Source: Eledone cirrhosa (Eukaryota). Taken from it: DNA of 64,000 bases. Location: positions 185,938,001 through 186,002,000 of the forward strand of contig OZ024742.1 of NCBI GenBank assembly GCA_964016885.1, given 5' to 3'. A model generated the notes under the pieces. It worked only from the letters and a program-made list of their open reading frames with translations, had not been told where the DNA came from and made no database searches. Positions 1-15,000 of this stretch are shown in pieces (positions within the stretch are counted from its first letter, which is position 1; every line of letters starts with the position of its first letter). Both the position numbers and the translations under genes were made by a program.

Positions 1-3000
1 TGTTGTTATTGTTGATGTTGCAGTTGTTATTGTTGTTGTTGCTGTTGTCATTGCTTATGTTGTTATTGTTGATGTTGCTGTTGTTATTGTTGATGTTGCT
101 GTTGTTATTACTGTTGTCGCTGTTGTTCTTGTTGATGTTGCTGTTGTTATTGTTGATGTTGCTGTTGTTATTGTTGATGTTGCTGTTGTTATTGCTGTTG
201 TTATTGTTGATGTTGCTATTGTTATTGCTGTTGTTGCTGTTGTTATTGTTGTTGTTGCTGTTGTTATTGTTGATGTTGCTGTTGTTATTGTTGATGTTGC
301 TGTTGTTGCTGTTGTTGCTGTTGTTATTGTTGTTATTGCTGTTGTTATTGCTGTTGCTGTTGTTATTGTTGATGTTGTTGTTGTTATTGTTGATGTTGCT
401 GTTGTTATTGCTGTTGTCGCTGTTGTTCTTGTTGATGTTGCTGTTGTTATTGTTGATGTTGCTGTTGTTATTGTTGTTGTTGCTGTTGTTAATGCTGTTG
501 TTATTGTTGATGTCGTTGTTGTTATTGTTGCTGTTTTTATTGTTGATGTTGCTGTTGTTATTGTTGATGTTGCTGTTGTTATTATTGATGTTGCTGTTGT
601 TATTGCTGATGATGCTGTTGTTATTGTTGATGTTGCTGTTGTTGCAGTTGTCGCTGTTGTTATTGTTGTTGTTGCTGTTGTTATTGTTGATGTTATTGTT
701 GTTATTGCTGTCGTTATTGTTGATGTTGTTGTTGCTGTTGTTAATGCTGTTGTTATTGTTGATGTCGTTGTTGTTATTGTTGCTTTTGTTATTGTTGATG
801 TTGCTGATGTTATTGTTGATGTTGATGTTGTTATTGTTGATGTTGCTGTTGTTATTGCTGATGTTGCTGTTGTTATTGTTGATGTTGCTGTTGTTGCTGT
901 TGTCGCTGTTGGTATTGTTGTTGTTGCTGTTGTTATTGTTGATGTTGCTGTTGTTATTGTTGATGTTGCTGTTGTTATTGCTGATGTTGCTGTTGTTATT
1001 CTTGATGTTGCTGTTGTTGCAGTTGTCGCTGTTTTTATTGTTGTTGTTGCTGTTGTTATTGTTGATGTAGCTGTTGTTATTGTTGATGTTGCTGTTGTTG
1101 CTGTTGTTGTTGTTGTCGCTGTTGTTATTGTTCTTATTGCTGTTGTTATTGCTGTTGCTGTTGTTATTGTTGATGTTGTTGTTGTTATTGTTGATGTTGC
1201 TGTTGTTATTGCTGTTGTTATTGTTGATGTCGTTGTTGTTATTGTTGCTGTTGTTATTGTTGATGTTGCTGTTGTTATTTTTGATGTTGCAGTTGTTATT
1301 GTTGTTGTTGCTGTTGTTAATGCTGTTGTTATTGTTGATGTCGTTGTTGTTATTGTTGCTGTTGTTATTGTTGATGTTGCTGTTGTTATTGTTGATGTTG
1401 CTGTTGTTATTGCTGTTGTTATTGTTGATGTTGCTATTGTTATTGCTGTTGTTGCTGTTGTTATTGTTGATGTTGCTGTTGTTATTGTTGATGTTGATGT
1501 TGCTGTTGTTATTGTTGATGTTGCTGTTGTTATTGTTGATGTTGCAGTTGTTATTGTTGTTGTTGCTGTTGTCATTGCTGATGTTGTTATTGTTGATGTT
1601 GCTGTTGTTTGTTGTTGTTGCTGTTGTTATAGCTGATGTTGTTATTTTTGATGTTGCTGTTGTTGTTGCTGTTGTTGCTGTTGTTATTGTTGCTGTTGTT
1701 ATTTTTGATGTTGCTGTTGTTGTTGCTGTTGTCGCTGTTGTTATTGCTGTTGTTGTTGTTGTTGTTATTGTTGATGTTACAGTTGTTATTGTTGATGTTG
1801 GTGTTGTTATTGCTGATGCTGCTGTTGTTATTGTTGATGTTGCAGTTGTTGCAGTTGTCGCTGTTGTTATTGTTGTTGTTGCTGTTGTTATTGTTGATGT
1901 TGCTGTTGTTATTGTTGATGTTGCTGTTGTATTGCTGATGTTGCTGTTGTTATTGTTGATGTTGCTGTTGTTGCAGTTGTCGCTGTTGTTATTGTTGTTG
2001 TCGCTGTTGTTGCTGTTGTTGTTGTTGTTGCTGTTGTTATTGTTGTTATTGCTGTTGTTAATTCTGTTGTTATTGTTGATGTCGTTGTTGTTATTGTTGC
2101 TATTGTTATTGTTGATGTTGCTGTTGTTATTGTTGATGTTGCTGTTGTTATTGCTGTTGTTATTGTTGATGTTGCTGTTGTTATTGCTGTTGTTATTGCT
2201 GATGTTGCTGTTGTTATTGTTGACGTTGCTGTTGTTGCAGTTGTCGCTGTTGTTGTTGTTGATGTCGTTGTTGTTATTGTTGCTGTTGTTATTGTTGATG
2301 TTGCTGTTGTTATTGTTGATGTTGCTGTTGTTATTGTTGTTGTTGCTGTTGTTATTGTTGATGTTGCTGTTGTTATTGTTGATGTTGCTGTTGTTGCTGT
2401 TGTTGCTGTTGTTATTGTTGTTATTGCTGTTGTTATTGCTGTTGCTGTTGTTATTGTTGATGTTGTTGTTGTTATTGTTGATGTTGCTGTTGTTATTACT
2501 GTTGTCGCTGTTGTTCTTGTTGATGTTGCTGTTGTTATTGTTGATGTTGCTGTTGTTATTGTTGTTGTTGCTGTTGTTAATGCTGTTGTTATTGTTGATG
2601 TCGTTGTTGTTATTGTTGCTGTTTTTATTGTTGAAGTTGCTGTTGTTATTGTTGATGTTGCTGTTGTTATTGCTGTTGTTATTGTTGATGTTGCTATTGT
2701 TATTGCTGTTGTTGCTGTTGTTATTGTTGATGTTGCTGTTGTTATTGTTGATGTTGCTGTTGTTATTGTTGTTATTGCTGTTGTTATTGTTGATGTTGCT
2801 GTTGTTATAGTTGATGTTGCTGTTGTTATTGTTGTTGTTGCTGTTGTTATTGTTGATGTTGCAGTTGTTATTGTTGTTTTTGCTGTTGTCATTACTGATG
2901 TTGTTATTGTTGATGTTGCTGTTGTTTGTTGTTGTTGCTGTTGTTATAGCTGATGTTGTTATTGTTGATGTTGCTGTTGTTATTGTTGCTGTTGTTATTG

Positions 3001-6000
3001 TTGATGTTACTGTTGTTATTGTTGATGTTGCTGTTGTTTTTGTTGCTGTTGTTATTTTTGATGTTGCTGTTGTTGTTGCTGTTGTTGCTGTTGTTATTGT
3101 TGATGTTGCTGTTGTTATTGTTGATGTTGCTGTTGTTATTGTTGTTATTGCTGTTGTTATTGTTGATGTTGCTGTTGTTATAGTTGTTGTTGCTGTTGTT
3201 ATTGTTGATGTTGCAGTTGTTATTGTTGTTGTTGCTGTTGTTATTGTTGTAATTGCTGTTGTTAATGTTGATGTTGCTGTTGTTGTTGTTGATGTTGCTG
3301 TTGTTATTGCTGTTGTTATTGTTGATGTTGTTATTGTTGCTGTTGTTATTGTTGATGTTGTTGTTATTGTTGATGTTGCTGTTGTTATTGCTGTTGTTAT
3401 TGTTGATGTCGTTGTTGTTATTGTTGCTGTTGTTATTGTTGATGTTGCTGTTGTTATTGTTGATGTTGCTGTTGTTATTGTTGATGTTGCTGTTGTTAAT
3501 GCTGTTGTTATTGTTGATGTCGTTGTTGTTATTGTTGCTGTTGTTATTGTTGATGTTGCTGTTGTTATTGTTGATGTTGCTGTTGTTATTGCTGTTGTTA
3601 TTGTTGATGTTGCTATTGTTATTGCTGTTGTTGCTGTTGTTATTGTTGTTGTTGCTGTTGTTATTGTTGATGTTGCTGTTGTTATTGTTGATGTTGCTGT
3701 TGTTATTGTTGTTGTTGCTGTTGTTAATGCTGTTGTTATTGTTGATGTCGTTGTTGTTATTGTTGCTGTTGTTATTGTTGATGTTGCTGTTGTTATTGTT
3801 GATGTTGCTGTTGTTATTGTTGTTGTTGCTGTTGTTAATGCTGTTGTTATTGTTGATGTCGTTGTTGTTATTGTTGCTGTTGTTATTGTTGATGTTGCTG
3901 TTGTTATTGTTGATGTTGCTGTTGTTATTGTTGTTGTTGCTGTTGTTATTGTTGATGTTGCTGTTGTTATTGTTGATGTTGCTGTTGTTGCTGTTGTTGC
4001 TGTTGTTATTGTTGTTATTGCTGTTGTTATTGCTGTTGCTGTTGTTATTGTTGATGTTGTTGTTGTTATTGTTGATGTTGCTGTTGTTATTACTGTTGTC
4101 GCTGTTGTTCTTGTTGATGTTGCTGTTGTTATTGTTGATGTTGCTGTTGTTATTGTTGTTGTTGCTGTTGTTAATGCTGTTGTTATTGTTGATGTCGTTG
4201 TTGTTATTGTTGCTGTTTTTATTGTTGAAGTTGCTGTTGTTATTGTTGATGTTGCTGTTGTTATTGCTGTTGTTATTGTTGATGTTGCTATTGTTATTGC
4301 TGTTGTTGCTGTTGTTATTGTTGATGTTGCTGTTGTTATTGTTGATGTTGCTGTTGTTATTGTTATTATTGCTGTTGTTATTGTTGATGTTGCTGTTGTT
4401 ATTGTTGATGTTGCTGTTGTTATTGTTGTTGTTGCTGTTGTTATTGTTGATGTTGCAGTTGTTATTGTTGTTGTTGCTGTTGTCATTGCTGATGTTGTTA
4501 TTGTTGATGTTGCTGTTGTTTGTTGTTGTTGCTGTTGTTATAGCTGATGTTGTTATTGTTGATGTTGCTGTTGTTATTGTTGCTGTTGTTATTGTTGATG
4601 TTACTGTTGTTATTGTTGATGTTGCTGTTGTTATTGTTGCTGTTGTTATTTTTGATGTTGCTGTTGTTGTTGCTGTTGTTGCTGTTGTTATTGTTGATGT
4701 TGCTGTTGTTATTGTTGATGTTGCTGTTGTTATTGTTGTTATTGCTGTTGTTATTGTTGATGTTGCTGTTGTTATTGTTGTTGTTGCTGTTGTTATTGTT
4801 GATGTTGCAGTTGTTATTGTTGTTGTTGCTGTTGTCATTGCTTATGTTGTTATTGTTGATGTTGCTGTTGTTATTGTTGATGTTGCTGTTGTTATTACTG
4901 TTGTCGCTGTTGTTCTTGTTGATGTTGCTGTTGTTATTGTTGATGTTGCTGTTGTTATTGTTGATGTTGCTGTTGTTATTGCTGTTGTTATTGTTGATGT
5001 TGCTATTGTTATTGCTGTTGTTGCTGTTGTTATTGTTGTTGTTGCTGTTGTTATTGTTGATGTTGCTGTTGTTATTGTTGATGTTGCTGTTGTTGCTGTT
5101 GTTGCTGTTGTTATTGTTGTTATTGCTGTTGTTATTGCTGTTGCTGTTGTTATTGTTGATGTTGTTGTTGTTATTGTTGTTATTGCTGTTGTTATTGTTG
5201 ATGTTGCTGTTGTTATAGTTGTTGTTGCTGTTGTTATTGTTGATGTTGCAGTTGTTATTGTTGTTGTTGCTGTTGTTATTGTTGTAATTGCTGTTGTTAA
5301 TGTTGATGTTGCTGTTGTTGTTGTTGATGTTGCTGTTGTTATTGCTGTTGTTATTGTTGATGTTGTTATTGTTGCTGTTGTTATTGTTGATGTTGTTGTT
5401 ATTGTTGATGTTGCTGTTGTTATTGCTGTTGTTATTGTTGATGTCGTTGTTGTTATTGTTGCTGTTGTTATTGTTGATGTTGCTGTTGTTATTGTTGATG
5501 TTGCTGTTGTTATTGTTGATGTTGCTGTTGTTAATGCTGTTGTTATTGTTGATGTCGTTGTTGTTATTGTTGCTGTTGTTATTGTTGATGTTGCTGTTGT
5601 TATTGTTGATGTTGCTGTTGTTATTGCTGTTGTTATTGTTGATGTTGCTATTGTTATTGCTGTTGTTGCTGTTGTTATTGTTGTTGTTGCTGTTGTTATT
5701 GTTGATGTTGCTGTTGTTATTGTTGATGTTGCTGTTGTTATTGTTGTTGTTGCTGTTGTTAATGCTGTTGTTATTGTTGATGTCGTTGTTGTTATTGTTG
5801 CTGTTGTTATTGTTGATGTTGCTGTTGTTATTGTTGATGTTGCTGTTGTTATTGTTGTTGTTGCTGTTGTTAATGCTGTTGTTATTGTTGATGTCGTTGT
5901 TGTTATTGTTGCTGTTGTTATTGTTGATGTTGCTGTTGTTATTGTTGATGTTGCTGTTGTTATTGTTGTTGTTGCTGTTGTTATTGTTGATGTTGCTGTT

Positions 6001-9000
6001 GTTATTGTTGATGTTGCTGTTGTTGCTGTTGTTGCTGTTGTTATTGTTGTTATTGCTGTTGTTATTGCTGTTGCTGTTGTTATTGTTGATGTTGTTGTTG
6101 TTATTGTTGATGTTGCTGTTGTTATTACTGTTGTCGCTGTTGTTCTTGTTGATGTTGCTGTTGTTATTGTTGATGTTGCTGTTGTTATTGTTGTTGTTGC
6201 TGTTGTTAATGCTGTTGTTATTGTTGATGTCGTTGTTGTTATTGTTGCTGTTTTTATTGTTGAAGTTGCTGTTGTTATTGTTGATGTTGCTGTTGTTATT
6301 GCTGTTGTTATTGTTGATGTTGCTATTGTTATTGCTGTTGTTGCTGTTGTTATTGTTGATGTTGCTGTTGTTATTGTTGATGTTGCTGTTGTTATTGTTA
6401 TTATTGCTGTTGTTATTGTTGATGTTGCTGTTGTTATTGTTGATGTTGCTATTGTTATTGTTGTTGTTGCTGTTGTTATTGTTGATGTTGCAGTTGTTAT
6501 TGTTGTTGTTGCTGTTGTCATTGCTGATGTTGTTATTGTTGATGTTGCTGTTGTTTGTTGTTGTTGCTGTTGTTATAGCTGATGTTGTTATTGTTGATGT
6601 TGCTGTTGTTATTGTTGCTGTTGTTATTGTTGATGTTACTGTTGTTATTGTTGATGTTGCTGTTGTTATTGTTGCTGTTGTTATTTTTGATGTTGCTGTT
6701 GTTGTTGCTGTTGTTGCTGTTGTTATTGTTGATGTTGCTGTTGTTATTGTTGATGTTGCTGTTGTTATTGTTGTTATTGCTGTTGTTATTGTTGATGTTG
6801 CTGTTGTTATTGTTGTTGTTGCTGTTGTTATTGTTGATGTTGCAGTTGTTATTGTTGTTGTTGCTGTTGTCATTGCTTATGTTGTTATTGTTGATGTTGC
6901 TGTTGTTATTGTTGATGTTGCTGTTGTTATTACTGTTGTCGCTGTTGTTCTTGTTGATGTTGCTGTTGTTATTGTTGATGTTGCTGTTGTTATTGTTGAT
7001 GTTGCTGTTGTTATTGCTGTTGTTATTGTTGATGTTGCTATTGTTATTGCTGTTGTTGCTGTTGTTATTGTTGTTGTTGCTGTTGTTATTGTTGATGTTG
7101 CTGTTGTTATTGTTGATGTTGCTGTTGTTGCTGTTGTTGCTGTTGTTATTGTTGTTATTGCTGTTGTTATTGCTGTTGCTGTTGTTATTGTTGATGTTGT
7201 TGTTGTTATTGTTGATGTTGCTGTTGTTATTGCTGTTGTCGCTGTTGTTCTTGTTGATGTTGCTGTTGTTATTGTTGATGTTGCTGTTGTTATTGTTGTT
7301 GTTGCTGTTGTTAATGCTGTTGTTATTGTTGATGTCGTTGTTGTTATTGTTGCTGTTTTTATTGTTGATGTTGCTGTTGTTATTGTTGATGTTGCTGTTG
7401 TTATTGCTGTTGTTATTGTTGATGTTGCTATTGTTATTGCTGTTGTTTCTGTTGTTATTGTTGATGTTGCTGTTGTTATTGTTGATGTTGCTGTTGTTAT
7501 TGTTGATGTTGCAGTTGTTATTGTTGTTGTTGCTGTTGTCATTGCTGATGTTGTTATTGTTGATGTTGCTGTTGTTTGTTGTTGTTGCTGTTGTTATAGC
7601 TGATGTTGTTATTGTTGATGTTGCTATTGTTATTGTTGCTGTTGTTATTGTTGATGTTGCTGTTGTTATTGTTGATGTTGCTGTTGTTATTGTTGCTGTT
7701 GTTATTTTTGATGTTGCTGTTGTTGTTGCTGTTGTTGCTGTTGTTATTTCTGATGTTGCTGTTGTTATTGTTGATGTTGCTGTTGTTATTGTTGATGTTG
7801 CTGTTGTTATTGTTGTTATTGCTGTTGTTATTGTTGATGTTGCTGTTGTTATTGTTGTTGTTGCTGTTGTTATTGTTGATGTTGCATTTGTTATTGCTGT
7901 TGTTGCTGTTATTATTGCTGATGTTACTGTTGTTATTGTTGTTGTTGCTGTTGTTATTGTTGATGTTGCTGTTGTTATTGTTGATGTTGCTGTTGTTATT
8001 GTTGATGTTGCTGTTGTTATTGATGTTGTTATTGTTGATGTTGTTGTTATTGTTGCTGTTGGTATTGTTGATGCTGTTGTTGTTATTGTTGATGTTGCTG
8101 TTGTTATTGCTGTTGTTATTGTTGATGTCGTTGTTGTTATTGTTGCTGTTGTTATTATTGATGTTGTTGTTGTTATTGTTGATGTTGCTGTTGTTATTGT
8201 TGATGTTGCTGTTGTTATTGTTGATCTTGTTATTGTTGTTATTGCTGTTGTTATTGTTGATGTTGCTGTTGTTATTATTGATGTTGCTGTTGTTATTGCT
8301 GATGATGATGTTGTTATTGTTGATGTTGCTGTTGTTGCAGTTGTCGCTGTTGTTATTGTTGTTGTTGCTGTTGTTATCGTTGATGTTGCTGTTGTTGCTG
8401 TTGTTGTTGTTGTCGCTGTTGTTATTGTTGTTATTGCTGTTGTTATTGCTGTTGCTGTTGTTATTGTTGATGTTGTTGTTGTTATTGTTGATGTTGCTGT
8501 TGTTATTGCTGTTGTTATTGTTGATGTCGTTGTTGTTATTGTTGCTGTTGTTATTGTTGATGTTGCTGTTGATATTGTTGATGTTGCTGTTGTTATTGTT
8601 GTTGTTGCTGTTGTTAATGCTGTTGTTATTGTTGATGTCGTTGTTGTTATTGTTGCTGTTGTAATTGTTGATGTTGCTGTTGTTATTGTTGATGTTGATG
8701 TGGTTATTGTTGATGGTGCTGTTGTTATTGCTGATGTTGCTGTTGTTATTGTTGATGTTGCTGTTGTTGCTGTTGTCGCTGTTGTTATTGTTGTTGTTGC
8801 TGTTGTTATTGTTGATGTTGCTGTTGTTATTGTTGATGTTGCTGTTGTTATTGCTGATGTTGCTGTTGTTATTGTTGATGTTGCTGTTGTTGCAGTTGTC
8901 GCTGTTGTTATTGTTGTTGTTGCTGTTGTTATTGTGGATATTGCTGTTGTTATTGTTGATGTTGCTGTTGTTGCTGTTGTTGTTGTTGTCGCTGTTGTTA

Positions 9001-12000
9001 TTGTTGTTATTGCTGTTGTCATTGCTGTTGCTGTTGTTATTGTTGATGTTGTTGTTGTTGTTGTTATTGTTGATGTTGCTGTTGTTATTGCTGTTGTTAT
9101 TGTTGATGTCGTTGTTGTTATTGTTGCTGTTGTTATTGTTGATGTTGCTGTTGTTATTTTTGATGTTGCTGTTGTTATTGTTGTTGTTGCTGTTGTTAAT
9201 GCTGTTGTTATTGTTGATGTCGTTGTTGTTATTGTTGCTGTTGTTATTGTTGATGTTGCTGTTGTTGCAGTTGTCGCTGTTGTTATTGTTGTTGTTGCTG
9301 TTGTTATTGTTGATGTTGCTGTTGTTATTGTTGATGTTGCTGTTGTTATTGCTGATGTTGCTGTTGTTATTGTTGATGTTGCTGTTGTTGCAGTTGTCGC
9401 TGTTGTTATTGTTGTTGTTGCTGTTGTTATTGTTGATGTTGCTGTTGTTATTGTTGATGTTGCTGTTTTTATTATTGATGTTGCTGTTGTTATTGCTGAT
9501 GTTGCTGTTGTTATTTTTGATGTTGCTGTTGTTATTATTGATGTTGCTGTTGTTATTGCTGATGTTGCTGTTGTTATTGTTGATGTTGCTGTTGTTGCAG
9601 TTGTCGCTGTTGTTATTGTTGTTGTTGCTGTTGTTGCTGTTGTTGTTGTTGTTGTTGTCGCTGTTGTTCTTGTTGTTATTGCTGTTGTTATTGCTGTTGC
9701 TGTTGTTATTGTTGCTGTTGTGGTTGTTATTGTTGATGTTGCTGTTGTTATTGCTGTTGTTATTGTTGATGTCGTTGTTGTTATTGTTGATGTTGCTGTT
9801 GTTATTGTTGATGTTGCTGTTGTTATTGCTGATGTTGCTGTTGTTATTGTTGATGTTGCTGTTGTTGCTGTTGTCGCTGTTGTTATTGTTGATGTTGCTG
9901 TTGTTATTGCTGATATTGCTGTTGTTATTGTTGATGTTGCTGTTGTTATTGCTGATGTTGCTGTTGTTATTGTTGATGTTGCTGTTGTTGTAGTTGTCGC
10001 TGTTGTTATTGTTGTTGTTGCTGTTGTTATTGTTGATGTTGCTGTTGTTGCAGTTGTCGCTGTTGTTATTGTTGTTGTTGCTGTTGTTAATGTTGATATT
10101 GCTGTTGTTATTGTTGATGTTGCTGTTGTTGCTGTTGTTGTTGTCGCTGTTGTTATTGTTGTTATTGCTGTTGTTATTGCTGTTGCTGTTGTTATTGTTG
10201 ATGTTGTTGTTGTTATTGTTGATGTTGCTGTTGTTATTGGTGTTGTTATTGGTGTTGTTATTGTTGATGTCGTTGTTGTTATTGTTGCTGTTGTTATTGT
10301 TGATGTTGCTGTTGTTATTGTTGATGTTGATGTTGTTATTGTTGATGTTGCTGTTGTTATTGCTGATGTTGCTGTTGTTATTGTTGATGTTGCTGTTGTT
10401 ATTGTTGTTGTTGCTGTTGTTATTGTTGATGTTGCTGTTGTTATTGTTGATGTTGCTGTTGTTATTGTTGATGTTGCTGTTGTTGCAGTTGTCGCTGTTT
10501 TTATTGTTGTTGTTGCCGTTGTTATTTTTGATGTTGCTGTTGTTATTGTTGATGTTGCTGTTGTTGCAGTTGTCGCTGTTGTTATTGTTGTTGTTGCTGT
10601 TGTTATTGTTGATATTGCTGTTGTTATTGTTGATGTTGCTGTTGTTGCTGTTGTTGTTGTTGTCGCTGTTGTTATTGTTGTTATTGCTGTTGTTATTGCT
10701 GTTGCTGTTGTTATTGTTGATGTTGTTGTTGTTATTGTTGATGTTGCTGTTGTTATTGCTGTTGTTATTGTTGATGTCGTTGTTGTTATTGTTGCTGTTG
10801 TTATTGTTGATGTTGCTGTTGTTATTGTTTATGTTGCTGTTATTATTGCTGTTGTTATTGTTGGTGTTGCTATTGTTATTGATGTTGTTGCTGTTGTTAT
10901 TGTTGATGTTGCTGTTGTTATTGTTGATGTTGCTGTTGTTATTGTTGCTGTTGTTATTGTTGATGTTGCTGTTGTTGCTGTTGTCGCTGTTGTTATTGTT
11001 GTTGTTGCTGTTGTTATTGTTGATGTTGCTGTTGTTGCCGTTGTTGCTGTTGTTATTGTTGTTATTGCCCTTGTTATTGCCGTTGCTGTTGTTATTGTTG
11101 ATGTTGTTGTTGTTATTGCTGATGTTGCTGTTGTTATTGTTGATGTTGCTGTTGTTGCTGTTGTCGCTGTTGTTATTGTTGTTGTTGCTGTTGTTATTGT
11201 TGATGTTGCTGTTGTTATTGTTGTTATTGCTCTTGTTATTGCTGTTGCTGTTGTTATTGTTGATGTTGTTGTTGTTATTGCTGATGTTGCTGTTGTTATT
11301 GTTGATGTTGCTGTTGTGCTGTTGTCGCTGTTATTATTGTTGATGTTGCTGTTGTTATTGTTGATGTTGCTGTTGTTATTGCTGATGTTGCTGTTGTTAT
11401 TGTTGATGTTGCTGTTGTTGCAGTTGTCGCTGTTGTTATTGTTGTTGTTGCTGTTGTTATTGTTGATGTTGCTGTTGTTATTGTTGATGTTGCTGTTGTT
11501 ATTGTTGATGTTGCTGTTGTTATTGTTGATGTTGCTGTTGTTATTGTTGTTGTTGCTGTTGTTAATGCTGTTGTTATTGTTGATGTCGTTGTTGTTATTG
11601 TTGCTGTTGTTGTTGTTGATGTTGCTGTTGTTATTGCTGATGTTGCTGTTGTTATTGTTGATGTTGCTGTTGTTGCTGTTGTCGCTGTTGTTATTGTTGT
11701 TGTTGCTGTTGTTATTGTTGATGTTGCTGTTGTTATTGTTGATGTTGCTGTTGTTATTGCTGATGTTGCTGTTGTTATTGCTGTTGCTGTTGTTTTTATT
11801 TATGTTTTTGTTGTTATTGTTGATGTTGCTGTTGTTATTGCTGTTGTCGCTGTTGTTCTTGTTGATGTTGCTGTTGTTATTGTTGATGTTGCTGTTGTTA
11901 TTGTTGTTATTGCTGTTGTTAATGCTGTTGTTATTGTTGATGTCGTTGTTGTTATTGTTGCTGTTTTTATTGTTGATGTTGCTGTTGTTATTGTTGATGT

Positions 12001-15000
12001 TGCTGTTGTTATTGCTGTTGTTATTGTTGATGTTGCTATTGTTATTGCTGTTGTTGCTGTTGTTATTATTGATGTTGCTGTTGTTATTGTTGATGTTGCT
12101 GTTGTTATTGTTGTTATTGCTGTTGTTATTGTTGATGTTGCTGTTGTTATTGTTGATGTTGATGTTGTTATTGTTGTTGTTGCTTTGTTATTGTTGATGT
12201 TGCAGTTGTTATTGTTGTTGTTGCTGTTGTCATTGCTGATGTTGTTATTGTTGATGTTGCTGTTGTTTGTTGTTGTTGCTGTTGTTATGGCTGATGTTGT
12301 TATTGTTGATGTTGCTGTTGTTATTGTTGCTGTTGTTATTTTTAAGGTTGCTGTTCTTATTGTTGATGTTGCTGTTGTTATTGTTGTTGTTGCTGTTGTT
12401 ATTGTTGATGTTGCATTTGTTATTGCTGTTGTTGCTGTTGTTATTGCTGATGTTACTGTAGTTATTGTTGTTGTTGCTGTTGTTATTGTTGATGTTGCTG
12501 TTGTTATTGTTGTTACTGTTGTTATTGTTGATGTTGCTGTTGTTATTGTTGATGTTGCTGTTGTTATTGTTGCTGTTCTTATTGTTGATGTTGCTGTTGT
12601 TATTGTTGATGTTGTTATTGTTCATGTTGCTGTTGTTATTGTCGATGTTGCTGTTGTTATTGTTGATGTTGCTGTTGTTATTTTTGATGTAGCTGTTGTT
12701 ATTTTTGATGTTGCTGTTGTTATTATTGATGTTGCTCTTGTTATTGTTGATGTTGCTGTTGTTATAGTTGCTGTTGTTATTGTTGTTATTGCTGTTGTTA
12801 TTGTTGATGTTGCTGTTATTATTGTTGATGTTGCTGTTGTTATTGTTGATGTTGATGTTATTGTTGATGTTTCTGTTGTTATTGTTGATGTTGCTGTTGT
12901 TATTGTTGTTATTGCTGTTTTTCTTGTTGATGTTGCCGTTGTTATTGTTGTTGTTGCTGTTGTTATTGTTGATGTTGCTGTTGTTATTGTTGTTGTTGCT
13001 GTTGTTATTGTTGTTATTGCTGTTGTTCTTGTTGATGTTGCTGTTATTATTGTTGATGTTGCAGTTATTCTTGTTGTTGTGGCTGTTGTTATTGTTGATG
13101 TTGCTGTTGTAATTGTTGATGTTGCTCTTGTTATTGTTGATGTTGCTGTTGTTCTTGTTGATGTTGCTGTTGTTATTGTTGTTGTTGCTGTTGTTATTGT
13201 TGATGTTGCTGTTGTTATTGTTGATGTTGCTGTTGTTATTGTTATTGTTGATGTTGCTGTTGTTATTGTTGTTATTGCTGTTGTTCTTGTTGATGTTGCT
13301 GTTGTTATTGTTGATGTTGCTGCTGTTATTGTTGATGTTGTTATTGTTGTTATTGCTGTTGTTATTGTTGATGTTGCTGTTGTTATTGTTGATGTTGCTG
13401 TTGTTATTGCTGATGTTGCTGTTGTTATTGTTGATTTTGCTGTTGTTGCAGTTGTCACTGTTGTTATTGTTGTTGTTGCTGTTGTTATTGTTGATGTTGC
13501 TGTTGTTGCTGTTGTTGTTATTGTCGCTGTTGTTATTGTTGTTATTGCTGTTGTTATTGCTGTTGCTGTTGTTATTGTTGATGTTGTTGTTGTTATTGTT
13601 GATGTTGCTGTTGTTATTGCTGTTGTTATTGTTGATGTCGTTGTTGTTATTGTTGCTGTTGTTATTATTGATGTTGCTGTTGTTATTGTTGATGTTGCTG
13701 TTGTTAATGCTGTTCTTATTGTTGATGTTGCTGTTATTATTGGTGTTGTTATTGTAGATGTTGCTATTGTTATTGCTGTTGTTGCTGTTGTTATTGTTGA
13801 TGTTGCTGTTGTTATTGTTGTTGTTGCTGCTGTTATTGTTGATGTTGCTGTTGTTTGTTGTTGTTGCTGTTGTTATAGCTGATGTTGTTATTGTTGATGT
13901 TGCTGTTGTTATTGTTGCTGTTGTTATTGTTGATGTTGCTGTTGTTATTGTTGATGTTGCTGTTGTTATTGTTGATGTTGATGTTGTTATTGTTGTTGTT
14001 GCTTTGTTATTGTTGATGTTGCAGTTGTTATTGTTGTTGTTGCTGTTGTCATTGCTGATGTTGTTATTGTTGATGTTGCTGTTGTTTGTTGTTGTTGCTG
14101 TTGTTATGACTGATGTTGTTATTGTTGATGTTGCTGTTGTTATTGTTGCTGTTGTTATTGTTGATGTTGCTGTTGTTATTGTTGATGTTGCTGTTGTTAT
14201 TGTTGTTGTTGCTGTTGTTATTTTTGAGGTTGCTGTTCTTATTGTTGATGTTGCTGTTGTTATTGTTGTTGTTGCTGTTGTTATTGTTGATGTTGCATTT
14301 GTTATTGCTGTTGTTGCTGTTGTTATTGCTGATGTTACTGTTGTTATTGTTGATGTTGCTGTTGTTATTGTTGATGTTGCTGTTGTTATTGTTGCTGTTC
14401 TTATTGTTGATGTTGCTGTTGTTATTGTTGATGTTGTTATTGTTGATGTTGCTGTTGTTATTGTCGATGTTGCTGTTGTTATTATTGATGTTGCTCTTGT
14501 TATTGTTGATGTTGCTGTTGTTATTGTTGCTGTTGTTATTGTTGTTATTGCTGTTGTTATTGTTGATGTTGCTGTTGTTATTGTTGATGTTGATGTTGTT
14601 ATTGTTGTTGTTGCTTTGTTATTGTTGATGTTGCAGTTGTTATTGTTGTTGTTGCTGTTGTCATTGCTGATGTTGTTATTGTTGATGTTGCTGTTGTTTG
14701 TTGTTGTTGCTGTTGTTATGGCTGATGTTGTTATTGTTGATGTTGCTGTTGTTATTGTTGCTGTTGTTATTGTTGATGTTGCTGTTGTTATTGTTGATGT
14801 TGCTGTTGTTATTGTTGTTGTTGCTGTTGTTATTGTTGTTGTTGCTGTTGTTATTTTTAAGGTTGCTGTTCTTATTGTTGATGTTGCTGTTGTTATTGTT
14901 GTTGTTGCTGTTGTTATTGTTGATGTTGCATTTGTTATTGCTGTTGTTGCTGTTGTTATTGCTGATGTTACTGTAGTTATTGTTGTTGTTGCTGTTGTTA